From positions 1 through 36,770 of the forward strand of contig JAYENL010000106.1 in the NCBI GenBank assembly GCA_034722055.1: DNA of 36,770 nucleotides, in the 5' to 3' direction. The stretch's first letter is position 1, and every line of letters starts with the position of its first letter. The position numbers and the translations under genes were made by a program. Positions 36,256 through 36,770 of the stretch are shown here, one piece after another. The stretch comes from Armatimonadota bacterium (GTDB lineage Bacteria; Armatimonadota; Zipacnadia; Zipacnadales; UBA5352). Under the pieces are notes generated by a model. That model searched no databases, had not been told where the DNA came from, and saw only the letters and a program-made list of their open reading frames with translations.

Positions 36256-36770
36256 ATGCGCCACCTCGTAGCCACAACGGCTCTGGTTCTCATCGCGAGC
36301 GGCATCGGGCTCGCGGACTATGTCGAGCTCTCCGACTGGGGTCCTGTGGGGGACTCCGACTACGAGTTCCACTACAAGTACTACCGCGAGACCTTCGAGC
36401 CTGACGACCCCGCGTTCCTCGACACCGGCGGAACCTGGACCCTGACCTACATGCTCGACAACGCCTACCTCATCAGCGGTGCGAGCTACTGGGACAGCGG
36501 GACCATCTTCAATGATGGCACCGCGGCGATCTGGACCTACAACGGCAACGACCTCCCTGGCCCAGACTCGGTCTACGGGACCTTCGACCTGAAGGTCACT
36601 AACGCCCACGGCAACATCGACTGGGTCACCTACACCGTAGACTTCGACGGCGACGGTACCGACGACTTCAGCGGCCAGGTTCTGGCGCCTTTGCCGGAGC
36701 CGGGCACGTTTGCCCTCGCCAGTCTGGGACTGGCGGCCATCGCTGTGCGCCTCCGGCGCCGCCGCGACTG
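36256..36770 (+). CDS. PEP-CTERM sorting-domain surface protein (about 171 aa; stop probably cut by the window edge)
   Basis: Manual translation: RBS TAAGGAG, signal MRHLVATTALVLIASGIGLA and C-terminus LPEPGTFALASLGLAAIAVRLRRRRD, followed by TG at the window end. Confidence 0.9.
   Translation, partial: MRHLVATTALVLIASGIGLADYVELSDWGPVGDSDYEFHYKYYRETFEPDDPAFLDTGGTWTLTYMLDNAYLISGASYWDSGTIFNDGTAAIWTYNGNDLPGPDSVYGTFDLKVTNAHGNIDWVTYTVDFDGDGTDDFSGQVLAPLPEPGTFALASLGLAAIAVRLRRRRD

Overview
GC-rich bacterial window, probably Armatimonadota (inferred from a DUF1559/H-X9-DG prepilin-like gene of the [13 protein letters not shown] type plus a PEP-CTERM gene). 1-6.9 kb holds an anaerobe-type Fe-S/P-loop cluster of unknown function: MBL hydrolase, NifB/NifX-family protein, two ferredoxin-inserted MinD-like ATPases, Mrp/ApbC, a radical SAM enzyme and several Gly/Met/aromatic low-complexity DUF5320-like proteins. 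7-12.2 kb encodes a deacetylase, an isochorismatase-like hydrolase, a DegT aminotransferase and an FAD oxidoreductase. 14.9-19.9 kb has two paralogous FecR-domain proteins and a CHASE2 class III nucleotide cyclase with non-canonical specificity residues. Then come tRNA-Leu(CAG) and ferritin, several hydrolases, a URO-D-family protein, an SDH/NadB-like flavoprotein apparently lacking its capping domain, a membrane spermidine-synthase-like protein and a PEP-CTERM gene missed by the ORF track. The intergenic DNA is dense in REP-like hairpins with GGAG/GTAG/GTGG feet. The most unusual element is a branched repeat with six copies: fixed ends, variable but still self-complementary inner hairpins, and two inverted doublets that bracket a lipoprotein gene. 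No CRISPR array, integrase or transposase was seen. Family assignments come from motif recognition by eye, not database searches.
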